Shown here in pieces: positions 38,172 to 47,916 of a stretch of 64,000 bases of DNA; position 1 is the stretch's first letter, and every line of letters starts with the position of its first letter. The translations under genes were made by a program, and so were the position numbers. Origin of the DNA: Sphingobacteriales bacterium (lineage in GTDB: Bacteria; Bacteroidota; Bacteroidia; Chitinophagales; LD1). The notes under the pieces are model-generated. The model ran no database searches and was not told the DNA's origin. It was given only the letters and a program-made list of their open reading frames with translations. The stretch lies in contig JADFDM010000014.1 of the NCBI GenBank assembly GCA_018262795.1, positions 5,449 through 69,448 on the forward strand, in the 5' to 3' direction.

Positions 38172-38743
38172 GCTACTGCTTTTTGTTCCAACCGAAATTG
38201 TTTTCGCCACTCGGTAAAACCATACACTGCTACGATAGAGAAAAACACATACAACGCAGCAGTAGGGTAAAGCCCTTTTACGGCATACATCACCGCAGCA
38301 ATAGCGTCAATGGCTATCCAGTATAGCCAGTTCTCCAATACTTTACGTGCCGTCATCCAGGTGGCGATAAAACTAAATACAGTGACGGTGGAATCGTAGT
38401 ATGACAGCGAATTGCCCAAGCGGGCAAAAACGTATCCAAACAGAGGCACCAAAGAAGCTCCGGCAATCATCAGCCATACATTCTTCGTCACTGAGAAGCG
38501 GCTTATATCCTGCTCTTCGTGATGCTCTTTTTTATTCCATTTCCACCAGCCGTAAAAGCCGGCAAATACATAATAGCTCTGAAGGATAGCATCTTGAAAC
38601 AAGTAGTGTTGGATATTAATGAAGATATAAAGCCCGGAGCCGATAATGCCGACTGGCCAGCACCAGATATTCCCTTTTGAAGCGAGCAGCACATACAGCA
38701 CTCCTAATGCAACTGCCAAATATTCAAGATATGTTTCCATCAA
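38168..38743 (-). CDS. pnuC: PnuC-family transporter (nicotinamide riboside transporter family; thiamine-type PnuT not excluded)
   Basis: 191 aa, about 6-7 hydrophobic helices, Trp-rich motif FAGFYGWWKWNKK. Pairing with a NadR-like ATPase gene is classical for this family. Confidence 0.75.
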   Translation of the reverse strand: MMETYLEYLAVALGVLYVLLASKGNIWCWPVGIIGSGLYIFINIQHYLFQDAILQSYYVFAGFYGWWKWNKKEHHEEQDISRFSVTKNVWLMIAGASLVPLFGYVFARLGNSLSYYDSTVTVFSFIATWMTARKVLENWLYWIAIDAIAAVMYAVKGLYPTAALYVFFSIVAVYGFTEWRKQFRLEQKAVA

Positions 38744-39636
38744 TACAGCTTCACCTTGTCCGACCTCACTTCTAAGTTATACTTTCGCCCCATCACCAAG
38801 GCTAAGTTATCGGATATATGACCTGCCGGGAAATCATAACAAACCGGGTAGTGATACGCTGCCACATGTTCGGCAATAATATCGTAAGCGGTGCAGCCGA
38901 AAGGCACTCGATTGTCTTTCATATCAGTAAACGAACCTACTACTAAACCCGCCAGACTTTGCAATTTTCCGGAGCGCTTTAGGTTCATCATCATGCGATC
39001 TATGTGATAGAGATATTCATCTAAGTCTTCCAGAAAAAGAATTTTACCGGAGGTGTTGATACCGCTTTTGGTACCGGTAATGCTATACAGAATAGAAAGG
39101 TTTCCACCTATTAAGACCCCCTCTGCATTTCCGGCTCGGTTTAATGGATTTGATCCTATTTCAAATTCATTTCGCATCCCGAATAATTCATTTCGCACAC
39201 TCTCTATGGAAGCAGGGGTAGCTTTCGGAAAGTTAAAGGGCATGGGCGCGTGAAGGGTTTGAATACCGATGATGTTCGTGATATGCACGTGCAAGAAAGT
39301 AACATCACTAAAGCCGACTACCCACTTAGGGTGTTTCATAAACGCATCGTAATTCACCTCATCCATCATGCGCACGGTGCCATAGCCCCCGCGGGCGCAA
39401 ATAATCGCTTTCACCTCCGGGTTATCTATGGCATGTTGAAAATCTGTCTGCCTATCGGTATCCGTTCCGGCAAACTGGCGAAACTCCTTACCAATGGAAT
39501 TCCCGATACGCACTTTCAAGCCCCAGCTTTCAAAAATTCGGATGGCCGGTTGAATTTCTTCCTGTGTAATTTTACGTGCCGTGCTCAATATATAAACAAG
39601 GTCTCCTTCTTTCAATGCGGGTGGTCGTAACAGCAT
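38740..39636 (-). CDS. ldcA: LD-carboxypeptidase (peptidase S66, muramoyltetrapeptide carboxypeptidase family)
   Basis: L.GD.V.I.S...... N-terminus, ICARGGYG motif and nucleophile context VVGFSDVTFLH. The stop overlaps the pnuC ATG by 4 nt. Confidence 0.8.
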   Translation of the reverse strand: MLLRPPALKEGDLVYILSTARKITQEEIQPAIRIFESWGLKVRIGNSIGKEFRQFAGTDTDRQTDFQHAIDNPEVKAIICARGGYGTVRMMDEVNYDAFMKHPKWVVGFSDVTFLHVHITNIIGIQTLHAPMPFNFPKATPASIESVRNELFGMRNEFEIGSNPLNRAGNAEGVLIGGNLSILYSITGTKSGINTSGKILFLEDLDEYLYHIDRMMMNLKRSGKLQSLAGLVVGSFTDMKDNRVPFGCTAYDIIAEHVAAYHYPVCYDFPAGHISDNLALVMGRKYNLEVRSDKVKLY

Positions 39637-39699
39637 GAAGCGAAAATAAAACAGTTACCGTCTTTGACGCTTTACTTTAAATTTTGAATTTAGCCGAAC

Positions 39700-41778
39700 A
39701 TGAAAGACTGGAAAAGATATACAATTACAGCCGCTTTGCCCTATGCCAATGGCCCCAAGCACATCGGGCATTTAGCCGGGGCTTACCTACCGGCTGATAT
39801 TTATGTGCGTTATCTGCGTTTAAACAAACGGGAGGTAGTATTTGTATGCGGCAGCGATGAACACGGCACCGCTATTACTTTTCAGGCTTTGCAAGAGCAC
39901 ACCACCCCACGTGCTATTATTGACAAATATCACTTGCTGATAAAGAACAGCTTTGAACAATTAGGCATCTCCTTCGATATTTATCACCGCACCAGCGAGC
40001 CGCTGCATCACGAAACTGCGCAGGAATTTTTCCTCGATTTTTACAACAAGGGTTTGTTTAAGGAAGTGACTTCGGAACAGTATTACGATGAAGAGAAAAA
40101 AGTTTTTCTGGCCGATCGGTACATTCAGGGGACTTGCCCCAATTGCGGCTACGAAAAGGCTTATGGCGACCAATGTGAAAAATGTGGCAAGGCACTTTCA
40201 CCCAGCGAACTGATTAACCCGCGCTCTACTTTAAGCGGAGCAAAACCGGTGATGCGCGCTACCAAACACTGGTATTTGCCGCTGAACGAATACGAACCCT
40301 GGCTGCGAAAATGGTTGTTGCGCGATCATGCCAAAGATTGGAGGTCGAATGTATATGGCCAATGCAAGAGTTGGATTGAAGGGGGCTTACAACCTCGCGC
40401 CATGACTCGTGACGGGGAGTGGGGCATCAAAGTGCCGGTGAAAGATGCCGAAGGCAAAGTGTTGTATGTGTGGTTCGATGCGCCTATCGGTTATATCTCG
40501 GCTACAAAACAATGGGCCATTGAAAACAATAAGCGCTGGGAGTTATACTGGAAAGATTCTGATACTCGATTGATTCACTTTGTGGGGAAGGACAACATCG
40601 TTTTTCACTGCATCATTTTTCCGGTGATGCTGCACATGCATGGCGATTACATTGTTCCCGATAATGTACCGGCTAATGAGTTTTTAAATTTGGAAGGCGA
40701 TAAAATGAGCACCAGCCGCAAGTGGAGTGTGGAGATGCACGAATACTTAGAGGATTTTCCCGGCAAGGCCGATGAACTCAGATATGTGCTCTGTTCCATC
40801 GCTCCCGAAACCAAAGACAGCGAATTTACCTGGAAGGATTTTCAAACAAGAGTGAACAGCGAGTTGGTCGGCATTTTCGGCAACTTAGTAAACCGAGTGC
40901 TTATTCTCACCGAAAAGTATTTCGACAACCAAGTACCTCCGTCAGGAGAGTGTAGTGAACTGAAAACCTTTGTAGAAAGTCAGCGCAACAAAATATCGGA
41001 GGCTATTGAGCATTTCCACTTCCGCGAAGCGCTTAGTGAAATGATGAATGTGGCCCGGCACGGCAATCAATTACTGAGCGAGAAGGAGCCGTGGAAAACA
41101 ATTAAGACCGATAAGGAATACACGGCCACCACTTTGTACGACTGTTTGCAAATTATCGCAAACCTCGGCATTTTGTGCGAGCCATTTCTACCCTATACCT
41201 CGCGCAAAATTTTTGCGATGCTCAACTTAGATCCTACTCATTTTTCGTGGTCCGATGTGGGGCGGCAGGATTTATTGAAGCCGGGGCATATACTCGGAAA
41301 GGCAGCTTTGTTATATCAGAAAATTGAGGATGAGCAGGTGGAAACTCAAATATCGAAACTAAAGAAAGTAGCTGCCGAACATCACAAAGCCGATGATGCC
41401 TCTGCTAAACAACCGGCAAGTGCTCAGAAAGTAGAAATGGAAAACCCCAAACCTGAAATTGCGTACGATGATTTCAGCAAATTGGATTTGCGTATAGGCA
41501 CTATTCTTACGGCAGAAAAAGTAGAGAAAGCTGACAAGTTGTTGAAGTTAAGTGTGGACGTGGGTTTTGAAACGCGCACGATTGTTTCGGGCATTGCAGA
41601 GTATTTTAAACCGGAAGAGTTGATTGGGTTGCAGGTGAGCGTAGTGGTAAACTTGGCTCCGCGCAAAATTCGCGGCATCGAATCGAAGGGAATGATTTTA
41701 CTGGCAGAGAACGAAGACGGCAAACTACACTTTGTAAATTCTCAACAATTAACCAAAAACGGTAGTGCCATCCGTTAA
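39700..41778 (+). CDS. metG: Methionine--tRNA ligase with a C-terminal tRNA-binding (EMAP/Trbp111-like) domain
   Basis: HIGH-type motif [21 protein letters not shown]-type motif KMSTSRK, zinc knuckle CPNCGY...CEKCG. The C-terminal LDLRIGTIL...[19 protein letters not shown] is the OB-fold tRNA-binding domain. Confidence 0.95.
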   Translation: MKDWKRYTITAALPYANGPKHIGHLAGAYLPADIYVRYLRLNKREVVFVCGSDEHGTAITFQALQEHTTPRAIIDKYHLLIKNSFEQLGISFDIYHRTSEPLHHETAQEFFLDFYNKGLFKEVTSEQYYDEEKKVFLADRYIQGTCPNCGYEKAYGDQCEKCGKALSPSELINPRSTLSGAKPVMRATKHWYLPLNEYEPWLRKWLLRDHAKDWRSNVYGQCKSWIEGGLQPRAMTRDGEWGIKVPVKDAEGKVLYVWFDAPIGYISATKQWAIENNKRWELYWKDSDTRLIHFVGKDNIVFHCIIFPVMLHMHGDYIVPDNVPANEFLNLEGDKMSTSRKWSVEMHEYLEDFPGKADELRYVLCSIAPETKDSEFTWKDFQTRVNSELVGIFGNLVNRVLILTEKYFDNQVPPSGECSELKTFVESQRNKISEAIEHFHFREALSEMMNVARHGNQLLSEKEPWKTIKTDKEYTATTLYDCLQIIANLGILCEPFLPYTSRKIFAMLNLDPTHFSWSDVGRQDLLKPGHILGKAALLYQKIEDEQVETQISKLKKVAAEHHKADDASAKQPASAQKVEMENPKPEIAYDDFSKLDLRIGTILTAEKVEKADKLLKLSVDVGFETRTIVSGIAEYFKPEELIGLQVSVVVNLAPRKIRGIESKGMILLAENEDGKLHFVNSQQLTKNGSAIR

Positions 41779-41824
41779 GAGTTTTTTACTTTCGGCAATT
41801 ATTATTCATCCAAACTTCTTATTC

Positions 41825-43027
41825 ATGAAAACAAGACTTTACTTACTCCTGATTCTTGCCACTGCCTCGTCTCAGCTATTTGCTCAGTGCGGCAGCCGCT
41901 ATAAGGACATGATTTTCCCGAACGTAACCGTGACCAGCGATGTTACTTACTCTACTTCTAACAGCACTACGCTGAAAATGGATATTTATGAACCCACCGG
42001 TGACACCGCCTCCACGCGACCGGTTTTGATTATGGCACATGGTGGTAGTTTTATCGGGGGAGATAAAACAGAATCTGTATGCGCCCAACTATGCACCAAC
42101 TATGCTAAACGCGGATATGTGGCAGCATCTATTAATTACAGATTAGAGGGGAATCCTTTGAATATGTTGGATTCCATTAAAGCAATAACCATTGTGTTGA
42201 AATCTATCAGCGATGGCAAATCGGCTGTTCGTTTTTTCCGCAAGGACGCGGCCACTACCAATACTTATAAAATAGATACTAACTGGATTTTTGCCGGAGG
42301 TAATTCAGCTGGAGCCGTAACATATATGCACGTGATGTATCTGGACTCTACCGGAGAAGCTCCTGCTGCGATGCAAGGGATTATCAATAGCAATGGTGGG
42401 TTTGAAGGCAATAGTGGGAATGATGGCTATTCTTCAAAAATACAAGGCGTGATGAATTTGGCAGGTGGGTTAAATGTGCCTGAGTTTGTAGGCCCCGGCA
42501 GTGGTCCTTCTTTCAATGCGCAAGGCGATCAGGATGCTACCGTGCCTTATGGATGTGCAAATGCACAAGGAGGTGCTACCCCCGTTCGCTTGTGTGGTTT
42601 GGGAGCGATTGAGCCGCTCTACGTTCAATATAATGTAAACCATGTAAGCATTGTTTACCCCGGTGCTGGGCACGTGCCTTGGCAGAGTAATGCCGGTGAA
42701 ATGACTCAGATTGATACGACCTCGGCTAATTTCTTTTATTCGCTGATGTGTAGCAGTTCTACTTCTATTCATGATGTGAAATTTGAAGCCAACATCATGT
42801 TGTTCCCCAATCCGGCTAATACCCAACTGAATCTTCATACCAGTGTTCAACCTTCGTCTGTTGCTATCCTAAATAACTTGGGGCAAACGGTATTGCTTCA
42901 AAATAATATTGAAGGAAACAACTTGCAGTTTAATACTTCAACTCTTGCAAAAGGAATTTACTTGGTGAAAATTGAATTCGCAGATAGAAACTATATGACT
43001 GCTATCCGAAAAGTAGTGATTGAATAA
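41825..43027 (+). CDS. Secreted alpha/beta-hydrolase (esterase/lipase-like) with a T9SS type-A C-terminal sorting domain
   Basis: Start moved to the ATG at 41825 (MKTRLYLLLILATASSQLFAQ). HGGSF oxyanion motif and GNSAGA nucleophile elbow. C-terminus MLFPNPANTQLNLH...GIYLVKIEF...RKVVIE. Confidence 0.8.
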   Translation: MKTRLYLLLILATASSQLFAQCGSRYKDMIFPNVTVTSDVTYSTSNSTTLKMDIYEPTGDTASTRPVLIMAHGGSFIGGDKTESVCAQLCTNYAKRGYVAASINYRLEGNPLNMLDSIKAITIVLKSISDGKSAVRFFRKDAATTNTYKIDTNWIFAGGNSAGAVTYMHVMYLDSTGEAPAAMQGIINSNGGFEGNSGNDGYSSKIQGVMNLAGGLNVPEFVGPGSGPSFNAQGDQDATVPYGCANAQGGATPVRLCGLGAIEPLYVQYNVNHVSIVYPGAGHVPWQSNAGEMTQIDTTSANFFYSLMCSSSTSIHDVKFEANIMLFPNPANTQLNLHTSVQPSSVAILNNLGQTVLLQNNIEGNNLQFNTSTLAKGIYLVKIEFADRNYMTAIRKVVIE

Positions 43028-43046
43028 AACCTCTCTCTGTTCAAAT

Positions 43047-43085
43047 AAAAAAAAGTCCCGATTCATTGAGTCGGGACTTTTTTTG
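43047..43085. terminator. Bidirectional rho-independent terminator between convergent genes
   Basis: A8 run, stem GTCCCGA (43055-43061) pairing with TCGGGAC (43071-43077), then a T8 run. Confidence 0.8.
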
Positions 43086-43107
43086 TGATTAAAAGATGGA
43101 AGAAGTA

Positions 43108-44142
43108 TTACCCCTTGCCAGCGGCTGATTTCTTTTTAAGAATCGTTTTGCTCAACATAAACGTTACGCCTACATTAAATCCGAGATTAGTAAAGGGAGC
43201 TGAAGGCCTGAAATCTTCCTTAGGTTTCGTTTTATCATAAGCCGAATTATAATCCTGATTGTTAGAAGTGTTGTCTAACTTATCTACGAAATTAAATTCT
43301 GTGCGATACACTCCTCTGTCGTCAATCCGGCTTACGCCATCTGTATCCCACTGAGTTAACTTCGCTTCTTTTGCTTTGATCACCAAATACTGACCATTCA
43401 CTTCGGCAGTAATTGCCAAATAAGGGAGTGGCTTGTAACAAACTCCCACAGCACCATTCACTCCAATGGATATATCGCCTTCGGTTTTTAAAGTCACATC
43501 GGTATGATGGCCCAAATAATAGGGCGACTTATTAATGAGGTCTGCTAAGGCCGGCTCTTTGCTAAACACATCATCCTCTACATCAATTCTAATCTTATGA
43601 GTCAGTTCTCCGAACACCGGCATAGAAACTCCTAAGCGGGCGTAGGGATACACTTTCCAACCGGGCTTGGCTCCCTGCACAATCACCGAAGGCATCAGCG
43701 AAAGACCGAAAGCATTAGTGGTGATATGTGCATTCATATAATACCCCACACTGGTAAAAGCAGGAGGATTGCCAAAGCCGGATTGAATTGTTAGTTCGCG
43801 AGTTTGGTCGCAAGAGTAGGTGCCGCTTTTGAGATAGGATACCCCTAATTCTACCCCAATGTATGGGTTAATCATATAGCCAAACCCGAAAGTAAAATTC
43901 ATTCCTTTTCCGTACGAACCGTGAATGGGTTGATTAAAAGGAATGGAGTCGTTGATGTTGGCCATATCAATCAAGCCATCTTTGTCCGGTGAAAAGGGAT
44001 CCACTTTAGGGCCTGTCAGATTTTCGCTACTCTGAAATCCGGGCCAGGCGTAACCCCCGGCTACCCGAAGGGTAAAATACTGCGCTTTCACCGAAGTAAT
44101 TCCGATAACGGCAAAAGCTAAAACAAGGAAGTTCTTTTTCAT
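43108..44142 (-). CDS. Hypothetical outer-membrane beta-barrel protein
   Basis: Signal peptide MKKNFLVLAFAVIGITSVKAQ. Alternating aromatic/Gly beta-strand pattern with a C-terminal ...GFNVGVTFML strand. No family recognised. Confidence 0.6.
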   Translation of the reverse strand: MKKNFLVLAFAVIGITSVKAQYFTLRVAGGYAWPGFQSSENLTGPKVDPFSPDKDGLIDMANINDSIPFNQPIHGSYGKGMNFTFGFGYMINPYIGVELGVSYLKSGTYSCDQTRELTIQSGFGNPPAFTSVGYYMNAHITTNAFGLSLMPSVIVQGAKPGWKVYPYARLGVSMPVFGELTHKIRIDVEDDVFSKEPALADLINKSPYYLGHHTDVTLKTEGDISIGVNGAVGVCYKPLPYLAITAEVNGQYLVIKAKEAKLTQWDTDGVSRIDDRGVYRTEFNFVDKLDNTSNNQDYNSAYDKTKPKEDFRPSAPFTNLGFNVGVTFMLSKTILKKKSAAGKG

Positions 44143-44264
44143 AGTTGTTGATTTATATCGGCTATATTACAAAAAGTACTCTGCTTGTTACTGTTTTGAA
44201 AGTGAATAGGTTTTACCGCAGGGCAGATTTTCTATTTTCGCACTCCGCTTTTAAGGTCCCTTAG

Positions 44265-44336
44265 TTCAATGGATAGAACGAAAGTTTCCTAAACTTTAAA
44301 TACAGGTTCGATTCCTGTAGGGACCACAGTTTGAAA
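44265..44336 (+). tRNA. tRNA-Arg (anticodon CCT)
   Basis: Cloverleaf: acceptor GGTCCCT/AGGGACC, D arm GTTC-AATGGATA-GAAC, anticodon stem AAAGT/ACTTT with loop TT-CCT-AA, T arm ACAGG-TTCGATT-CCTGT, discriminator A. CCA is not encoded. Confidence 0.9.
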
Positions 44337-44809
44337 ATTAGTTATTGGCAAATCAATTATAGTCGGAATACCCACTGATGCGAAGTGCTTTGACTTTTTG
44401 CTGATTTTACAAGCCAAAGTTCTATTCCCGAAAAAGAAACCGATGCTTTCTTCCAGCCTTCAATCTATCTCGACTTCCGAGTATCATTATTTTTCCCGAA
44501 TGGCAGGTGGTCTTCAATAAATAGAGGTTCTTGTTTAAGCATTCGTGCTTTTGCTCAATTTCTTAGCGTTTCTGTCAATAAGGTTATAGCGTGAGCAGAG
44601 AATGACGAGAAATTATGGAAGCCTCACATCCATCAAGGCACCGTAATTTTGTAAAGCTGCCAATTGATAATCTGCTTATTGGTAATTATTTTCTCGTTTA
44701 TCACTCGTTGCTTACTGCTCGATTCTTGTTTCTAAACATCTTTCTAAACTTCAAAAGCAGGGAAATCTCGGAAGTCTGCTCGCAGCAATGTATCTTCGCG
44801 CCTCATTTT

Positions 44810-46744
44810 ATGATAGCAGTTAGCAATATTCAACTCAGTTTTGGTGGTCGGGCTATGTTCGACAACATCTCTTTCCTCATTAACGATAACGATAAAATCG
44901 GTTTAACGGGCAGGAACGGAGCCGGCAAGTCCACCCTCCTCAAAGTGCTCAAAGGATTACAACCGATAGACGGAGGTGATATTATGTATCCCAAGGGAAC
45001 CGTAATCGGCTATTTGCCGCAAGAACTTCACACCCAGTCAGAGCTCAGTGTGATACAGGAAACTAAAAAGGCCTTTGAGCTGGCCTCACAATATTTAGAG
45101 GAGAAGGAGAAGATCATGCACGAAATGGAAACCCGCACCGACTACGAAAGCGAGAGTTACATGGAGTTGATTGAGCGCTTGGGCGAAGTGGAACATCAGA
45201 TCGAAATACATGATGGATACAGTATAGATGAGCAAACCGAGCGCGTGCTCAAAGGCCTCGGCTTTGAACCTGCCGACTTTGAAAAACCGATGAAAAGTCT
45301 GAGTGGCGGCTGGCAAATGCGAGTAGAGTTGGCAAAAATTCTATTACAGAAACCCGACTTAGTGCTGCTGGACGAGCCAACTAACCACCTTGATATTGAA
45401 TCGGTGCTGTGGCTCGAAAAATTTTTGAAGGAATATCCCGGGGCTATTATCATGGTGAGCCACGACCGCAGTTTTCTCGATAACATTACAGCGCGCACCA
45501 TCGAGGTGATTAGCGGAAATATTGATGACTACCCGGCTCCCTATACCCGCTATACCGAGTTGCGCAAAGAAAGACGCGAGCAGGTAATTAACGCGCAGAA
45601 AAACCAGCAGCGAGAAATTGCACAGATAGAGCGCAACATCGAACGGTTTCGCGCCAAAGCCAGTAAAGCCACCTTTGCACAGAGCTTAATTAAGAAGTTA
45701 GACAAGATGGATATTATAGAGGTGGAAGAAGAAAACATCTCTGCCATGAATCTCCGCTTTCCCGCAGCACAGCCTTCGGGTAAAGTAGTGATGACTGCGA
45801 AAAATATTGTGAAGAAGTACGGCCCCAAAACGGTGATTAATAAGCAGAGTGTGCAGATTGACCGGGGCGATAAAATTGCATTTGTAGGGAAGAATGGCAT
45901 GGGCAAAACCACCTTCAGCCGCATCTTAGTGGGCGACTTGAATTTTGACAGCGGAGATCTGGAACCGGGCTATAATGTGACTACCGGCTACTATGCTCAG
46001 CACGCAGCCGACAGCATGGATGGAAAGGATACGGTGCTGGAAGTGGTGGATCGGGTAGCCGTGGGCGACATCCGGACCAAGTTGCGTGATTTGCTCGGCT
46101 GCTTTTTGTTTAAGGGAGATGATGTGTACAAGAAAGTAAAGGTGCTAAGCGGTGGTGAAAAAGGTCGTCTCGCTTTGTGCAAAATGATATTGGAGCCACG
46201 CAACTTCTTAGTCATGGACGAGCCGACCAACCACCTCGACATGCTGTCGAAAGAAATTTTGAAAAGTGCTATCAATCAGTTTGAAGGAACCGTGATCATC
46301 GTTTCGCACGACCGCGATTTTCTGCACGGCCTCACCGACAAAACTTTTGAATTTACCAAAGAGGGGATTAAAGAGCATCTGGGCGATATCAATGAGTTTC
46401 TTGCCAAAAAGCAGGTGGAAGATATGCGACTGCTGGCTAAAAAAGAAGAGGAGAAAAAGAAGTCGGATAGCAAAAGCACAAAAGCAGAAAGCAAACCCGG
46501 CAACAACGGCAGAGATCACGACCGCGAAACTAAAAAGGTGAAGTCTGAAATTGAAAAATGCGAAAAGCGCATCGAAGAGTTAGAAACCTCTATTCAGTCG
46601 TTGGATGAAAAATTGCAGCACCCCGAAAAATTCCAAGAACTGAGCAAAGACCCTGATTTTTTTGCCAACTACGAAAAGTTGAAAAAGCAGTTAGATGCTG
46701 AAATGCAAAAGTGGGAAGAATGGAATGAGCAGTTAAGTGCTTGA
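44810..46744 (+). CDS. ABC-F family ATPase (two ABC domains, no transmembrane domain, C-terminal charged coiled coil)
   Basis: Start placed at the ATG at 44810 (MIAVSNIQLSFGGRAMF...), typical for ABC-F. Walker A GRNGAGKST and GKNGMGKTT, signatures LSGGWQMR and LSGGEKGR. Lys/Glu-rich tail. Confidence 0.9.
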   Translation: MIAVSNIQLSFGGRAMFDNISFLINDNDKIGLTGRNGAGKSTLLKVLKGLQPIDGGDIMYPKGTVIGYLPQELHTQSELSVIQETKKAFELASQYLEEKEKIMHEMETRTDYESESYMELIERLGEVEHQIEIHDGYSIDEQTERVLKGLGFEPADFEKPMKSLSGGWQMRVELAKILLQKPDLVLLDEPTNHLDIESVLWLEKFLKEYPGAIIMVSHDRSFLDNITARTIEVISGNIDDYPAPYTRYTELRKERREQVINAQKNQQREIAQIERNIERFRAKASKATFAQSLIKKLDKMDIIEVEEENISAMNLRFPAAQPSGKVVMTAKNIVKKYGPKTVINKQSVQIDRGDKIAFVGKNGMGKTTFSRILVGDLNFDSGDLEPGYNVTTGYYAQHAADSMDGKDTVLEVVDRVAVGDIRTKLRDLLGCFLFKGDDVYKKVKVLSGGEKGRLALCKMILEPRNFLVMDEPTNHLDMLSKEILKSAINQFEGTVIIVSHDRDFLHGLTDKTFEFTKEGIKEHLGDINEFLAKKQVEDMRLLAKKEEEKKKSDSKSTKAESKPGNNGRDHDRETKKVKSEIEKCEKRIEELETSIQSLDEKLQHPEKFQELSKDPDFFANYEKLKKQLDAEMQKWEEWNEQLSA

Positions 46745-46794
46745 GACATTCGCAATATGAAAAGCAAGGTTGATTCGCTGCTGAACTACCGTGC

Positions 46795-47562
46795 TTAATC
46801 CGCCACATTCTTTCTGAATCGAATATTCAGGTACTCCACGAAGAGGGAGAACAAGATAGAGACGTACACAAAGGCTTTGTTCACATGCACTTCAAATCCC
46901 TCCAATATCAACGTAAGCCCTATCATGATTAAAAACGAAAGCGCGAGTATTTGCAGCGTGGGGTAGTTATTGATGAAGTCTGAAATATAGCCCGCAAAAA
47001 GCATCATAATAACAATAGAAATAACCACAGCCGCCATCATCACAATCACATGTTGTGTCAGCCCCACAGCCGTGAGGATAGAGTCAAAAGAAAATACAAT
47101 ATCAATCAAAACTATCTGGAGGATAACAGACCAAAAAGCGTTGCCCCCTAAAGATTTATGATGTTCCTCTTTAGCAGTCACCTTACCGTGTATCTCGGTA
47201 GTGCTTTTAGCTAAAAGGAAAAACCCTCCAAGAATAAGAATCAAATCTCTACCGGAAATAGCAACCACTTGGGCAGGGTTTGCCACCTTCAGCCATTCAA
47301 AAATAGTTTGCAGTGGCAACACAAAAAGAGGAGTGGTAAGAGTAATAATCCACCCGATAAATGCCAGCAAAATAAGGCGCATGACCAAGGCAAAAAGTAA
47401 GCCTACATTGCGGGTGCGCTTCTGTTCACTCTTGGGCAACTTGCCGGCCACTAACGAAATAAAGATGATGTTATCTACCCCCAAAACAATCTCCAGAAAG
47501 GTCAGCGTGATCAAACTGATCCATGCATCGGGATGAGAAAAAACTGAAAAGCTAAAGTCCAT
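46795..47562 (-). CDS. TerC-family integral membrane protein
   Basis: Start placed at the ATG at 47562 (MDFSFSVFSHPDAWISLITLTFLEIVLGVDNIIFISL...). Duplicated (L/I)D.VFS.DSI motif. Polytopic. Confidence 0.8.
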   Translation of the reverse strand: MDFSFSVFSHPDAWISLITLTFLEIVLGVDNIIFISLVAGKLPKSEQKRTRNVGLLFALVMRLILLAFIGWIITLTTPLFVLPLQTIFEWLKVANPAQVVAISGRDLILILGGFFLLAKSTTEIHGKVTAKEEHHKSLGGNAFWSVILQIVLIDIVFSFDSILTAVGLTQHVIVMMAAVVISIVIMMLFAGYISDFINNYPTLQILALSFLIMIGLTLILEGFEVHVNKAFVYVSILFSLFVEYLNIRFRKNVAD

Positions 47563-47916
47563 TGAACGCGAAAATAGAGGAATACTGAAAAGAGTTAGAA
47601 CGAAATACGAGCAATCAGATTTTAAATGATTTATACGGTAAAGTTCAGAGAGGCAATAGCAGCAAAAGAAATTAAACGATGACAATGTTGAGGGTAAATC
47701 ATTAAGCGGAATGCGTAAGGGTTGGTGATCGTACCAAATGAAAGGTGGAACAACTTAAAAGCAATATTACTTTTAGGTAACAGAGGTTGTTTTGAAGATT
47801 ACTTTAGAACGTTTTTAAGCGGAATATTCAACTATGTTTGCGAACTGATTTTTTCTAAAGAAAGTTGTCCGTTTGATCTTCTAACGCTTCTGAATCAGCA
47901 CCAAAAATAACTACCC

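Noticed and set aside
43108-44142. The outer-membrane beta-barrel protein as the missing PorP/SprF partner
   Set aside because: It lacks the N-terminal QQDPQ[FY][ST]QY-type signature I associate with PorP/SprF, and it lies 14 kb from the nearest giant gene on the opposite strand.
44265-44809. Integrated element at tRNA-Arg
   Set aside because: There is no integrase, no direct repeat of the tRNA 3' end downstream and no compositional break that I can see.
47563-47916. yybP-ykoY (manganese) riboswitch upstream of the TerC-family gene
   Set aside because: Read on the gene's strand, the leader lacks the conserved GGGGAGUAG and GACA...UUGUC blocks. The only similar text (gagaggcaatagc) is on the wrong strand.
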